Assembly: GCF_006345805.1 (NCBI RefSeq)
Contig: NC_043009.1
Location: 40,734,001 to 40,798,000, forward strand
Origin: Octopus sinensis
Lineage: Eukaryota
Reading direction: 5' to 3'
DNA length: 64,000 nucleotides
The notes beneath the pieces are model-generated. The model was not told where the DNA came from and did not search any database. It saw nothing but the letters and a program-made list of their open reading frames with translations. A program made the position numbers and the translations under genes. Positions 13,011 through 27,547 of this stretch are shown in pieces (the stretch's first letter is position 1; each line of letters begins with the position of its first letter).

Positions 13011-13422
13011 ATATGTACATTTAATTTATATATTTTATGCACACGCACATGCATATATATATATATATATATATACTCACACTCACACCAAACACACACA
13101 CACACACATACACACACACATACACACACACACAGAGTCGCTGACATATTTGTGTTGCAACTCTCTTATATATAAACACATATGGTATTCGTGTATAAAC
13201 TTCTGAAGTTGATTGTTTATTCAAAATATTTCGTAAGAAAAAATAAAAAATAAAAAATAGTAGTAGTAGTAGTAGAAGTAGTAGTAGTAGTAGTTGTAGT
13301 AGTAGTAGTAGTGGTGGTGGTGGTGGTGGTGGTGGTGGTGGTGGTGGGGTGGTGATGATAATGATGATGATGATGATGATGATGATGATTGATGATGATG
13401 ATGATGATGATAATAATAATAA

Positions 13423-13462
<40 letters not shown>

Positions 13463-13789
13463 GTAATAATAGTAATAATAATAATAATAATAATATCCCA
13501 ATATCATCTGTCATCAAATGCTTTCTTTCGCTCGCAATCACCCCAATCTACTTCAAATGATTGTTTTAATCTATAAGACCACCTTACAGTAATATGTCCA
13601 AGAATTATACATCAATCTTCACTCTAAATATTATTAACATATATTTATGCTTACAAATATCGTTTTCTAATATGGTTCGTGGGAAAAATGTCAAAGATAT
13701 ATTTTACTCGTTTCAGTCATTTGATTGCGGCCATGTTGGAGTACGGCCTCGGAGGGCTAAAGTCACGTATTTATTCTATCGGTGTTTCT

Positions 13790-14203
13790 TATTTCTTTAT
13801 TGCTCACAAGGGGCTATACATGGAGGGGACAAACAAGGACAGACAAACGGATTAAGTCGATTACATAGACCCCAGTACACAACAGGTACTTAATTTATCG
13901 ACCCCGAAATTATGAAAGGCAAAATCGACCTCGGCGGAATTTGAACTCAGAACGTAACGGCAGACGAAATACCTATTTCTTTACTACCCACAAGGGTCTA
14001 AACACAGAGGAGACAAACAAGGACAGACAAATGGATTAGGTCGATTACATCGACCCAGTGTGTAACTGGTACTTAATTTATCGATCCCGAAAGAATGAAA
14101 GGTAAAGTCGACCACGGCGGAATTTGAACTCAGAACGTAACAGCAGACGAAATACCGCTAAGCATTTCGCCCGGTGTGCTAACGTTTCTGCCAGCTCGCC
14201 GCC
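13790..14203 (-). mobile_element. Partial-tandem dimer of SINE family B, inserted into a family A copy (~13705-14470)
   Basis: A 16-bp TSD TTCTATCGGTGTTTCT lies at 13774-89 and 14204-19. Family A sequence is continuous across the insertion. Confidence 0.9.
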
Positions 14204-15514
14204 TTCTATCGGTGTTTCTGTCCTGCACTGCTAAGTTACAGACGTAAACACACTAATACCAGTGGCCAAATGGTAGTGGGGGGGGGGGACAAACACACAC
14301 ACACATATGACTAACTTCCTTCAGTTTCTGTCTACCAAATCCACTCACATGGCTTTGGTCAGCCCTGGGCTATAGTAAAAGATACTGGCCCAAGGCGCCA
14401 CGCAATGGGACTGAACCCAGAACCATGTGGTTGGTAAGCAAGCTTTTTACTACCACTCAGACATGCCTGAGCCTATATGTAGCGCTAGTTGAACTAATTC
14501 TGAATTAATTTCGTTTAATGGTCCCCTAGAGGAATGAATGACGAAGTAAATCTCTGTCTTATTTGCACGCTGATCGTAAAGAGATATGTCTGAAATGTAA
14601 TCGTCCGGTCTGCTGCTTAAGCAAGCATAATTGGGCAGAGTTTCGGTACCGCATATGAGAGAGATATGAGACTAAGGAGGGATTAGATGGGATTAAGGAT
14701 GTGAGATGAAGAATGAAGGATGTTGTTGTTATTGATGTTCCTATGATCTAGCTCTAGGTCAAGCTTGTTCATAAACATCTCTTGTCAAATGTTTTGGGTA
14801 TATCCCAAGATTAGTCCTCATCAAATAGACATTTCAACAAGGGTTACTCAGCTGTAGATATGACACTTTAGACTGGTACAGAGTACTTGAGACTGCATTA
14901 TTTCATGTGGCATTCTTTGTCAGACATGCAGGTGCGATTTGAGGAAAATTTGATGCTTATTTCTCACAGATCGATGGACAGCGTAAAGTAATTCTTATTG
15001 GATATGGGGTCATCAGATAGGTTTGGTCAAAGATGATATGGTATGGCATCACACAAACACACATAGACACACACACATACATGTACCACACACAGATACA
15101 AACCCTGACACACATACACTCACTCAAACAAACACCCTGACACACATACACGCACACACTCGCACACTCACACACATACACGCACAGGCACTCACCCTGA
15201 CACACATACACGCACACACTCGCACACTCACACACATACACGCACACGCACTCACCCTGACACACATACACGCACACACACACACGAACGCATGCACACA
15301 CGCACACATGTGCATGCACGCACACACACGCACACACACACACGCACACACACACACGCACACATACACACACACACGAACGCACACGTCGTTTATTGAT
15401 AATAAATGTTCATCACTCAGCTTGAGTTTCACACCATTGCGATCATCAGGTGAGAACACAGGGGTAGAAAACTCGAGTTGCAAAATAAACATCCATTTTT
15501 GATATACCATAAAT

Positions 15515-15715
15515 ATTCTTTTCTACTCTAGGCACAAGGCCCGAAAATTTGGGAGAGCAGGGCAGTCGATTAGATCGACCTCAGTACGCAACTGGTACTA
15601 AATTGATCGACTCCGAAAGGATGAAAGGCAAAATCGAACTCAGAACGTAAGGACAGACGAAATATTGCTAAGCATTTCGCCCGGCGTGCTAACGCTTCTG
15701 CTAGCTCGCTGCCTT
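15515..15715 (-). mobile_element. SINE family B
   Basis: Reverse complement of the family B head and central block. Confidence 0.85.
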
Positions 15716-17335
15716 AACATACCATTAATGTTACAACATGTATTGAGCAATTCTCTCTCATTTGTCCCACGTATGAGCGTTCAGCAACAGTATCCACACC
15801 AGTTGCCTATGTGAAAATTCTGGTCTACAAATCTCTAGCACTTAACTTGCCACAAGATTTAGAAAGAGAAAAAATGTATGAGAAGTATTTTTCCTGTAAA
15901 ACCTGCACCGACAATTTGCTTTAAGTGGTGTAAATTCTTGCAGAATCTACCCCACTCTCACCTTCCAAAATGTATAACCAAGATTAAGGAATAGATTGTC
16001 GAGTGTCAGAAAAGGATAAGTGTTAAGCAAGGTAAGGATTCAAAATCCGAACAGACTGATGTTTATCTCCCTTACCATCTTAGTTCACCCAAGTCCGTTT
16101 AATAGCACCAAACATACATATACATCAACAGTGATGTAAAGTGGCAGTATTGGCAGTCTCCTTCCTTAGACGAAACATACCTTTGATTATAACAAACACA
16201 CGAGGCCACCTTATGTTGTCCGTTTACGCCACACAGGACATTCTGTGCATAGGTCATTCTATTCTGTACTGTAAGCCTTGCACAGGAACATTCTAGAATC
16301 CTCAAAATAAGTTATTTAATCGCAATTTGATATATCAAATCTGTATCCAGAAAATTCGCCATAAAAGAATATTCGCGGTGAGACAAATTTGCCGTTTGGG
16401 CAATGATAAAGCATGTTTTAAAATAAACAAACAAAAACAAGAATGATAAAAAGTTTTACAAAGTCATTAAATAGGCAAGTCTTTTATTCAACGTCAAAGC
16501 CTGAAGAAACAAGATGAGGTCATTTAAGATGAAATTTCGATGGAATTCTGTTTTAAGTACACCATATAACGCCTCATAACTTTTTTTATTTTTTGGAATT
16601 TTCAGAAAATGTTTGCAAATTTGTATTCTACAGACGGGATTTTACACGACCACGAAAAAAATTTTCTTTTATTGTTTCGAAATTTTTTTCAAATTTTTGT
16701 ATTCAATTTTTGGAATTTGTTTTTTTTTTTTAAATCACAGTTTAAAATATGGACAGTCCGAATTTTTGGCTTAATTCCTAGTAATAGACCATTAAATATT
16801 TATGGGGAGAGAGATATTGCAAAACATCAATACGTCAGAGTGACAAGCAAACGAGGAGGGCATCAGGTGCTCGTAAGATATGCTAAAAATAACAGCTAAA
16901 TAGTCCTTAAATCACGCACCATTTTTTTTTCATAATCGTATGAATTGCCGTGTTTAGAACATAAATTCGCAAAAATAACCTGAGCCCCACCCCCAATAAA
17001 AATGCTACGAAAGTTTATATGGCTCGCATAAAGCAGAATTCTGCCGAAACATTTACGGCGAATTTTGGGGCAAAAATGGTGAAAATTCCTCTAATCATCC
17101 AATCATCTGCTACCATGTCTGAAACTTTTCGACAGGTTTACTAGTTTTTCAAATTTTTTTATTTGCTGCTAGCATAGGACACATGATGCAACTTCTTACG
17201 AAACAGACGAATACATGTATATCAAATACCATACAACATAAATTCATGGTTTATTATGCTAATTATCTTGGTCGTAAATATATTCAGTTCATTTTTTTTT
17301 TTAAAGTCTTAGTTCATTGGTTACTGGAGATAATG

Positions 17336-17388
17336 TCAGACAACTGAAGATGTCTGTTGAGTCAGAAACACGTGTCCACGACTGTCCA
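17336..17388 (+). ncRNA. Hammerhead ribozyme core with displaced or degenerate stem I
   Basis: CTGAAGA 17344-50. Stem II TGTCT/AGTCA. GAAA 17365-68. Palindromic CACGTG. TC 17375-76. GACA/TGTC can pair only after a 6-nt bulge. Confidence 0.6.
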
Positions 17389-17404
17389 CTTACCTCCAGA
17401 TAAT

Positions 17405-17790
17405 GGAGGCGCAATGGCCCAGTGGTTAGGGCAGCGGACTCGCGGTCGTAGGATCGCTGTTTTGATTCCCAGACCGGGCGTTGTGAGTGTTTATTGAGCG
17501 AAAACACCTAAAGCTCCATGAGGCTCCGGCAGGGATGGTTGTGGTCCCTGCTGTACTCTTTCACCACAACTTTCTCTCACTCTTTCTTCCTATTTCTGTT
17601 GTACCTGTATTTCAAAGGGCCGGCCTTGTCACTCTCTGTGTCACGCTGAATATCCCCGAGAATTACGTTAAGCGTACACGTGTCTGTGGAATGCTCAGCC
17701 ACTTACACGTTAATTTCACGAGCAGGCTGTTCCGTTGATCGGATCAACCGGAACCCTCGTCGTCGTAACCGACGGAGTGCTTCCTTCCTA
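17405..17790 (+). mobile_element. SINE family C with tail type 1
   Basis: tRNA-like A and B boxes. 13-bp TSD ACCTCCAGATAAT at 17392-404 and 17791-803. Confidence 0.92.
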
Positions 17791-18191
17791 ACCTCCAGAT
17801 AATAAGCTTCTAATTTTCCCTAGTTTCATGCCAGCTATGGATAATCCTTGGTTCTTGAGATTATCTCGCTTTCTCTTGTGGAACTAGTCTTTACGTGTCA
17901 TCTGGTAATTATGATACATCATCTAGAGGCGGGGATAATTCTGATAAATCCAAAATTTATGTTGTATGGTATTTGGTATACCTGTATTTGTTTATGTTGT
18001 TCAAACACATGCCACTCTGAGTTATTTTTCTTCCTTTATTCCTATGGGATACTGTTCTGAAACTTCTCCAACATAATAGTTGCTTTCCGTAATTGTTTCT
18101 AAATAGTCTTTGACTATTGCTGGGTTCATCCAACTTTTTGACGTGTCTTATTTTTGTTCTTTCAGTCAGTTTTCCTCATCAGGCTAGTCCA

Positions 18192-18263
<72 letters not shown>

Positions 18264-19235
18264 GTTTGTATTCTGGTTACAAAACATGCGTGCGCCTGCA
18301 CACAGCTAGGAAGGAATAGTTTAAGCAAAGTTGAAGTGACACTGATAAAATTTGAACTCAGAACGCACAGATGCGTGATCGAATACTAACTATGCTCTGC
18401 CCATTTGGCTATCCATCATCCTCGTTAAAACATTATGATGCTAATACTTCTGACATGTATTTCTTAATAAATGTACTATGTGGAATTCCGAATGATTTAT
18501 TGTGAAAATAATTTATCGGATTAAATATACGCAAAGGGAGTTGTGTGCTTATTGCACTCTAGTAAAATAAATAAATAAAATGGAATAAAAATAAAATATA
18601 TAAAACTAGATAAAAGCAAAAAATTTTAAAAACCCAGTAAAAGTAAAAATAAAACTAAAAATACTAAAAATAAAAAAATATATACTAAATAGTAAAAGGA
18701 AATGAAAAGACCCAACGGAACCATTAAAGAAAATATTAAATGTTTTATAACTGGAATCCTGTGTTCTGTGGTCGGAGTCAGATCCAAGAAAAAGCATAAA
18801 ATTAAGACTAGAGACATATTAAATGGATAAATATTTTAAATTGTTATATAAACACAAGAGAAGCACTGGGATATTTAGTTCGGACTGAGTGACCGGATTA
18901 TGTGTTGGACCACACACACGCAAATAGATTGAACGTGCACTCAGACATGTGTGTATGTGTGTGTGTGTGTATGAATGTGTTTATATATAAGTGTGTATTG
19001 TATATACGTGTACATACACACACACACACACATACATACATAGATTTTTTTTATATAGATATAAATATATGTATATTCTTGCATATCTATATGTGTATGG
19101 ATGTATACATATATATAATACACCAATACACATAGATACGTATATGTACACATGTATATGTGTGTATATATATACACATTACACACTGCACATACATTAT
19201 ATATATATATGCATATACATACATACATACATACA

Positions 19236-19271
<36 letters not shown>

Positions 19272-19345
19272 TATGCATATACATACATACATATACATAT
19301 ATACATATATACATGTATATACATTATATAAATGATTATATATAT

Positions 19346-19432
<87 letters not shown>

Positions 19433-19554
19433 TATATATATATATATACAAACACAATTATATACATACGCACATGCACGCACACATTCATAAACATATA
19501 AATGAGGAAAAAATCTAACAGACACATACATATACGCACGAACACACATGAACA

Positions 19555-19594
<40 letters not shown>

Positions 19595-19866
19595 TACATA
19601 CGCACATACACACACACACACACACACGAACACACATACAGATTTCCAGGAATTAAAGGAGCATTTAACTCATCAATTCTGCACGATATCCTTTGATTTC
19701 AGTCGCCACACCGATTCCTAAAAACCCTCATAAAAGAACCGTTTCTTATAGTTAATCATGCCGAGAAGCCCTTTTCATTGCTTATATTATTGCGACTACT
19801 GCTGCTATTGTTGTTGTTGTTTGTTGTTGTTGTTGTTGTTGTTGTTGTTGCTGCTGTTGTTGTTGC

Positions 19867-19899
<33 letters not shown>

Positions 19900-20154
19900 C
19901 ATCGTCGGCGATGGCAGTACGGCTAGAAAGAGAGAGAGAGGTAGTTAGTTAATCTGCCTTTATGCTCCCTAACATAATTCGGTTATTCTACATTGAAATA
20001 ATAAAAGCTTAAATTGAATTGCTCCACTCTCGTCGTCTTTTATTTATTTATTCATTTAATTATTTATTTTTCTCGTTTTCTTATGGACGAAAGTAAAGCT
20101 GCCTGAAATGATGCGTTTAATTTGTGAAAGATCGACGAAACTTGAAGATATATA

Positions 20155-20646
20155 TATTCCACACTTGGAATTCGCATCATCAGTTTGGAATCCCTATCTT
20201 GCTCAGAACATTGACCTCCTGGAATCTGTCCAGAGACGTGCAACCAAACGCATACCCTCCATCAGACACCTACCATATTCTGAGCGCCTTGTTTCCCTGG
20301 GCATGGATTCACTGAAGCTCCGGCGTCTAGCGACGGACTTGGTAAACACCCACAAGGTTATCAACCACCTCACCAACAACAACACTGAACACCTTTTTTG
20401 ATCTCCATGTGTCCAACACACGTGGACATGCCTACAAAGTCAGAAAACAGCACAGCTCCCATGACTTTCGGAAACATTTTTTCACGCTCAGGGTTGCTGA
20501 AGCGTGGAATAAACTGCCTGCATCAGTTGTTGACTGCCATGACACTGCATCCTTTAAGGCCCTCATGCTTCCCGAAATCCGTCGAAACTACACCTGATTA
20601 TAGATACACTTTAGATGAGTTGTAGTGCACCTGAGCACTGTACACA

Positions 20647-20673
<27 letters not shown>
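20155..20673 (+). mobile_element. 5'-truncated CR1-clade LINE 3' end with (TTA)n tail
   Basis: PHLEFASSVWNPYLAQNIDLLESVQRRATK..YSERL..SLKLRR..DL and TRGHAYKV..RKHFFTLRVAEAWNKLP are hallmark CR1 ORF2 C-terminal motifs. Confidence 0.92.
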
Positions 20674-20680
<7 letters not shown>

Positions 20681-21187
20681 AAACTGTAGTTGTGTGAGTG
20701 TCTGTCCCCTTTGATTTAAATTCCTAACTACTCCCACATTTTGCGGTGCAGTTTAACCAAATTCGGGTATCTTATAGTCGTGATTCATATCGAGCCCGTC
20801 TGGCTATTAGCGCGCGTCTACGATGAGTCTACGATTTTAAAAATAATTTAACATCATTTTTTTAATTCCATTTTAATGCATAATTTTTCGTGTGTTGATG
20901 GCGGCGGAGTTGGCGTCCACGCTCAAACACCTGCACCTGTGTTTGCTTCTCCCCTTTCTTCCCTCCCTCGTGAAGCTGTGGGGAAGGGAGTGTAAGGAAA
21001 TCAACGTCGTAAAGCGTTGTCAAGGAGACCAGCGTTCTTTTAGAACAACGACTTCATGGCTTGAAGACACCAAAACAGAAATGGCTAAGAAAGCCCGAAT
21101 TGGCATCTATAAGGGAAGTAACTCTCTAAAAATGCTTATATAGTTATTTCCCTTACAAACCCGAGCAACGCCGGGCGATACTGCTAG
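20674..21187 (+). mobile_element. Non-autonomous Helitron
   Basis: 3' hairpin CCCG-AGCAACGC-CGGG followed by CTAG|T (21184-88). Homologous to 58432-58829. Confidence 0.8.
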
Positions 21188-21299
21188 TATATATATAAGA
21201 ACAAATAATGACAAACGGATATTTGGCGCTAAAATAAAGAGCTGCAATATTTTCAGCATACCGTCCGATAACGTGTATGTGTGTGTATGTATACATATA

Positions 21300-21472
21300 T
21301 GTATATAAAAAAATACAAAATGGGACAAGAACGCAAAACATCCAGAAGACGATACAAAAAACACGGACGGTTCAATCGAGGCCTTTAATCTTCAGTCAAG
21401 AACCGGACCATCCTCGCAATTTCGGCTGATTAATCTTGAGATTGCTCCAATCTGGCTAGCCCCAAGGAAAAC
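21300..21472 (-). mobile_element. Short TA-anchored repeat (probable Penelope-like tail family), homologous to 38118-38260
   Basis: AATCAGCCGAAATTG..GACTGAAGATT..CGTCCGTGTTTTTTGTATCGTCTTCT is shared by both loci. Confidence 0.55.
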
Positions 21473-22051
21473 CTGACCGCACGCGCGCGCATATATGAAA
21501 CAGGGCAAAGAAGAAAATGGAGTAAGTCTGTTTAATGCTCAGTTGTTTCATTTGAATTCAGTCTAATCAATCTTGCCATATTATGCAATAATACATGCTA
21601 CTATTAAACTACTCTCCAAGTGACATTGAAATGGCACGTCCAATCAGATTAATCAGAATTACTTGTTTCGAATGACATTATACAATTCTTCTTCAAATGG
21701 GGCCAAGCGTTGATTAGGTGGAGGGTTTCGCAAAGATTTATTATTATAATTAGTACGTTTCCTCATCTTTTGGAATTGTTGTCCTTGCTCCCTTTGGTAA
21801 GGAAAAATGCTCTCCATGTAAGTCTCCGAATAAAAGAGCTATTAGCTGTTCGATTTTCTTCATCTCGTAAGTAAACTTCAGTATGCGAGTTAGTCAAATA
21901 TTTGACGGTTTTCAATATAACAATCATTTCACCCTACTAAGCTTATTCACAGATATTGGCTATCAGATGACACATTAATCTGGAGAGAGCAAATGTTTTT
22001 AACACATCAATTGGCAGTTGTTTCTAATGATGTTATACTGCTCTTCTTCAG

Positions 22052-22125
<74 letters not shown>

Positions 22126-22129
<4 letters not shown>

Positions 22130-22652
22130 GACACGCTTCCTTCAGCTTCTGTCAGAAAATGCGCTCACAAGGCTTTGGTCGGCCCGGGGCTATAGTTGAA
22201 GACACTGGCTCCAAACTACCACGCAGGGGAGTGAACCCAGATTGGGAAGCAAACTTCTTACCACACTTTCACGCCTGCGCATATCTCTCTCTTTTACTCT
22301 TTTACTTGTTTCAGTCAGTTGACTGTAGCCATGCTGGAGCACCACCTTTAATCGAGTAACTCGACCCCAGGACTTATTCTTTGTAAGCCCAGTACTTATT
22401 CTATCGGTCTCTTTTGCCGAACCGCTAAGTGATGGGGACATAAACACACTAGCATCGGTTGTCAAGCAATGTTGGGAGGACAAACACAGACACACAAACA
22501 CACACGCACATATATATATATACACACATATACGACGGGCTTCTTTCAGTTTCCGTCTACCAAATCCACTCACAAGGCTTTGGTCGGCCCGAGGCTATAG
22601 TAGAAGACACTTGCCCAAGGTGCCACGCAGTGTGACTGAACCCGCAACCATG
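22126..22652 (-). mobile_element. Two adjacent SINE family A copies (partial 22126-22280, near full 22286-22652)
   Basis: Reverse complement of the family A consensus. Confidence 0.88.
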
Positions 22653-22701
22653 TATATATAAAGTGAGAGAGAGAGCCAGACAGACAGACAGAGAAACAGA
22701 C

Positions 22702-22792
<91 letters not shown>

Positions 22793-23254
22793 CTGTTAGA
22801 TAGATCTGTAAGGCAGAGATTAATTTTCCCAGTTGTTGTTCCCAGAGAAGGAAAGAAGATTAGAAATGAAGAAGGGAGAAAGTCGTACAAGAAAATTAAG
22901 ATATGATGAGATATAAAGTTCAAATACGAGAAAGAAACGGCACAGAGATTTGAACGACTGTGGTAAATAAGAAAAAGATAAAAAAAAAATAATACGAAAG
23001 GCAAAAGTGAAGGAAAGCGCATGAAAAACAGAAAGAAGGAAAGATTAACCTGAAATGTTCACATGCATGTCCTTGAAGAGAATATTTACCATTCACCAAG
23101 ATAACTCATAATGTCACCCGATCTCATTTTAGAAAACAAAAATAACAATAATAACAAGAAGCAAGGAGTGAATCATAAAAAAACCGTAGTAAAACTAATA
23201 ATAAATAGATAGATAAATAAATAAGTAAATAAATAAATATACGAATACATAAAT

Positions 23255-23452
23255 AATCCTTTCTACTATTGGTACAAGGTCTGGAATTTGAGGGGAGGGA
23301 GGGGGATTGTCGATAACATCGACTTCCTGTATTCCACTGGTACTTAATTTATCGACCCCGAAAGGATGAAAGGCAAAGTCGAACCCGGCGACATTTGAAC
23401 ACAGAGAATGAAGACAGACGAAATACCGCTAAGCTAACGATTCTGCCAGCAC
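23255..23452 (-). mobile_element. SINE family B
   Basis: ATCGACCCCGAAAGGATGAAAGGCAAAGTCGA block. Confidence 0.85.
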
Positions 23453-23639
23453 ACCATAATAACAATAATAATAATAATGATGATGATGATGATGATGATG
23501 ATTATGATGATGATAATGAAATATATATATGTGTGTGTATGTATGGTATACAATAAGGGACAAAGAAGGGAAATATACATAGTAAACAAACATTAAAAGA
23601 AAAAAAGGAAAAAAGAGGATGATAGTGATGTGGTTCTTC

Positions 23640-25270
23640 TGTATAAGGAGGACCTCTAGGTATAATCTAGGAACCCCACCGTCCAAGATCTCCTTGAACA
23701 CCAAGGGCAAGTGCCCACTCTGATTCCTTTTCTCCGACTCTCAGGTTTGCACTTAGCGGTACTATCTACTCTTGCCAATTTCGTAACTTTTTCCCACCTT
23801 TCAATAAATTTACGTGAGGACAGCACCTCCCTCTTCGAGAGCCCTACCAAAGAGGACTGTATCTGCGCTTATGCCTTTAAATCTCGTCCACCAGACAACC
23901 TCTTTCGCCACCGCCACCAGGCAAACGAAAACTACCTTATCCATCAGATTGCTCTAAAACCCTCAGAACACACACATGCATGATCGAATACTAACTATGC
24001 TCTGCCCATTTGGCTATCCATCATCCTCGGGTAGCGGAGAAATTATCGCTAAGGACTCGGCTGATAGACGCATCCGTCCCACACGAAGAGCAATTGTTCG
24101 ACATTAACCCTCAAGTTAGTTATGTTCGGCCGCTGAGCGAGTGCATGGAAAACTAATAGGTTGTTCAGCATACATCTCGGGCAGGTGCTGGTGACGGCAC
24201 TGCCATACTTGTGGAGAGTATCCTGAACCGGCAATGACCCCGTTAGCACTGCCAATCAAAGGATTACCGGAAATTATCCAAGGGCCCCGACACGAAGTTC
24301 TTCCGGAACAGACTAGCCAGTTGATCCTCGTCGATGCCTAGAGTCTCCTCGAGTACATCATAGCTTGCCTACCACTAAATCTCTATAGAACGCCAAAGTG
24401 GAATTTCCACTGGCTGCAGTGCTCAACTAGCGAAAGGCTGTGAGCATCTGATGGTACTTCAGCTCAGTCTAAGAGCTCAGTACTTCAGCTCAGTCTAAGA
24501 GATGAGCTGCCGAAAAGCGAGTCTGACAAACGGCGACCACATCAATTCATGAAAACATTGGAGATGTCGTAGCCTCAGTGCATGTCTGCACATCATCAGC
24601 CACGGCATGCCTAGTCCTCCACTCAGCAGGTGTCGACAACAGAAAGTGGGCGAAGAGCATTGCAGTTTGATCAAACATGAACTGGGAAAGGCACGACGGT
24701 CAGGCGGTAGTATAGGGCAACATCAATGTATGCATTGACCATCACAGCCCGAGCGTTCTCTTAGGCCCATTTCTGGATAAGACTAGCTACCCTGCTTGTT
24801 ATCTCTCCTAGTTCTTCTGCGCATAGAGATTTGTACCAAGCTAGATCCCGAGCAATTTAACCGGTCCGTCCGTCCAGCGTTCCACGACGTTCTTGGATAG
24901 CATGGATCTGCCTGAAGGTTCACTAATTTTTCTTGGTTGATTTTTACTCTTGTTACTGCCTTGTATTTCCTTAGAGGAGTGCCGATCAATGTACGCTGTA
25001 CGATGTTTGACAGACACGATGATGGTAACGTCGTCTACGTATGCTAACACTTTTTACCCGTGTCCTAGATTGCGCGGTATGCCACTCAATGTCTCTAATT
25101 TCCGCAGAAGTGGCTCATGAGTCAGTACATTCAAAAGACACGAATAGGGACAACCTCTTGACTGACCGAGGGTTTGAAACTAAGTGGTTCCGACAGGTAA
25201 CCAGTCATCCAAACTACCAAGCAGATACCAGTGCACAAATTAGGCACGGAAACAGGCCGCCGTGGGAACA
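23640..25270 (-). mobile_element. Decayed L1/Tx1-like LINE ORF2 (RT YxDD region to zinc knuckle)
   Basis: LAYVDDVTIIVS, KINQEK, WTDGPVKLLGI and LPVQDTLHKYG..CPRC occur in successive broken frames. Confidence 0.75.
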
Positions 25271-25282
25271 TCTAAAGTAGTT

Positions 25283-25702
25283 TCAAATTTTGGCACAAAG
25301 AAAGCAATTTTAGGAGAGGGGTTTTCGTTAATTACATCGAGTCCAGTATTGGCTGGTGCTTTATTTTATCGACCCCGAAAGGATGAAAGGCAAAGTTAAC
25401 CTTGTCGGCATCCGATTTCAGTACTAAAGTACCAAAGAAATGCCGCTAAGATTTTATCTGGCATGCTAACGACTCTGCCAGTTCGCAGCTTTGGTAATAA
25501 TGGCTTCAAATTTTGGTACAAAGTCAACAATTTCAGAAGAGGGGTAAGTTAAGTAAAGCAACCACAGGGTTCGACTGGCACTTATTTTACCGTCCCTGAC
25601 AGGATGAAAGGCAAAATCGTCGGTACTGAATTTGAACTTAGAACGTAAAGACAGACGAAAAGCATTTTATTCGACGTGCTAACGAGTCTGCCAGCTCACC
25701 AC
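25283..25702 (-). mobile_element. Two tandem SINE family B copies
   Basis: The central block occurs at ~25365-25400 and ~25585-25620. Confidence 0.8.
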
Positions 25703-26099
25703 CTTAATAATAATGATGATGATGATGATGATGATGATGATGGTGATAATGATGATGAAGAGGAGGAGGAGCAGCAGCAGCAGCAGCAGAAGAAAAAGAA
25801 GAGGAGACGGTGTAAGTCCAGATGACGCAAGTTCGTAGTCATGTTGCAACTTAATAAAATATCAGAAAACATATCAGAACTGAAGATATATATACATAAA
25901 TATAAATATATATATAATATATATAATATATATATATATGTATATAGTAATCGTGTATTTTGAGTAGCTTTTTTCTCTCCCACTCAACAAATCCCCACCA
26001 CATTCTAACACACATAAATCAATAAACAAAAGATTAGATTTTATAGATAACATTAAATAAACACGCTTTTCATTTATTTTTCTATCGTTATTTTATATA

Positions 26100-26150
<51 letters not shown>

Positions 26151-26193
26151 TATATTATATATATATATATATATAATATATATATATGTATGC

Positions 26194-26227
<34 letters not shown>

Positions 26228-26234
26228 GTATATG

Positions 26235-26266
<32 letters not shown>

Positions 26267-27547
26267 CATATATATATATTTACATATTCATCTGCTGTCT
26301 CTTCAATAGTTATTCCTTCATAATTATTACCGTCTGTGTGGTAGACGAGGAGTTAGGCATGTGTAAACTTGGTGATAAGGTTCATATCTAATGTTTACTC
26401 TGTCAAAGGTGATTCTGGTCATTGTTGAAAGATAGTCAGAGATATAAAGACCTAACAAGCAGCAACTGAGGAACGACAGTTTCATTTTAGGGGCTTAACA
26501 TGCGTATTACAGTAGCAGCAGCAGTGGTCATAGTAGTAGTAGCAGTAGTGTTTATTTTTCCTTTCATTTTTTTTTTACTCGTTAAAATCAGTGGATGCTG
26601 AGGCATCGCCTTGAAGGATTTTGTCGAACAAATCAATTTCAATACATTTTTTTTATCTTCTTTTACTTTTAAGACCGGTACCTAATCTATCTTTACATTT
26701 TGCCGAACCATTATGTTACTGGGAGGTAAACAAACCAACACCGGTTATTAAGCGGTCTGGTGGTGAGGGTGGTCGGGTGATGGTGTTCAAACACAAAGGC
26801 ACACAAATAGACAACTCACACTTCCACATACTCCTAGCAACAACCTGCGCCCCATATTTCTCACTCAACTCCCACTCTACTCATCTTTCTACACGGCTGT
26901 CCTCTTAATTACGTACATAACATCGCGCTTCTTCCTCTCTTTCTAACTCCTCCAATAGAACCGCATTCTGACCTGCCCTCTAGACCTTCTTCTTCTTCTC
27001 CTTCTTCTTCTTCTTCTTCTTCTTCTTCTTCTTCTTCTTCTTCTTCTTCTTCTTCTTTTCAACATCTTTGATTCTTCTGTCTATTTTTCTGGTAAAGAAC
27101 CAGCGTCCGAAACGTTAAAAACCTTTTCCCTTACTTTACAAGCTTTATACAAGTAACACCACCTCTCGTACTTTCCTTGCTTTTACTTATTGTTCATTCA
27201 TCGTGTGTGTATGTGTGTGTGTGTAACGAGCTTCTACTCAGTTTTCGTCAACTAAATTCAGTCACAAGTCAATATTTGGCCTGAGTCTGTTGTAGAAAAC
27301 ACCAAAGATGGTGTGTAGTGGAAACTGAACTCGAAAAAACGTAGTTGCAAAACGCGCTTCTTAACGACACAGCCGTATATGCATTTATATAATAATGTAA
27401 CTTCTTGTGTTGGCCTCGCCATTTTTACTCGTTGTATATTCTTGTCCTCCACTATCACCACCGCCATTGTTCTTTCTTATATTTCGTCGATGCACTGGCG
27501 TTGTAGTCCTCCCAGCCATTAGAAAGTATTATTTTAATTATCATTAA

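Noticed and set aside
15750-17250. Possible DNA transposon relic
   Set aside because: No convincing TIR, TSD or transposase motif recognised.
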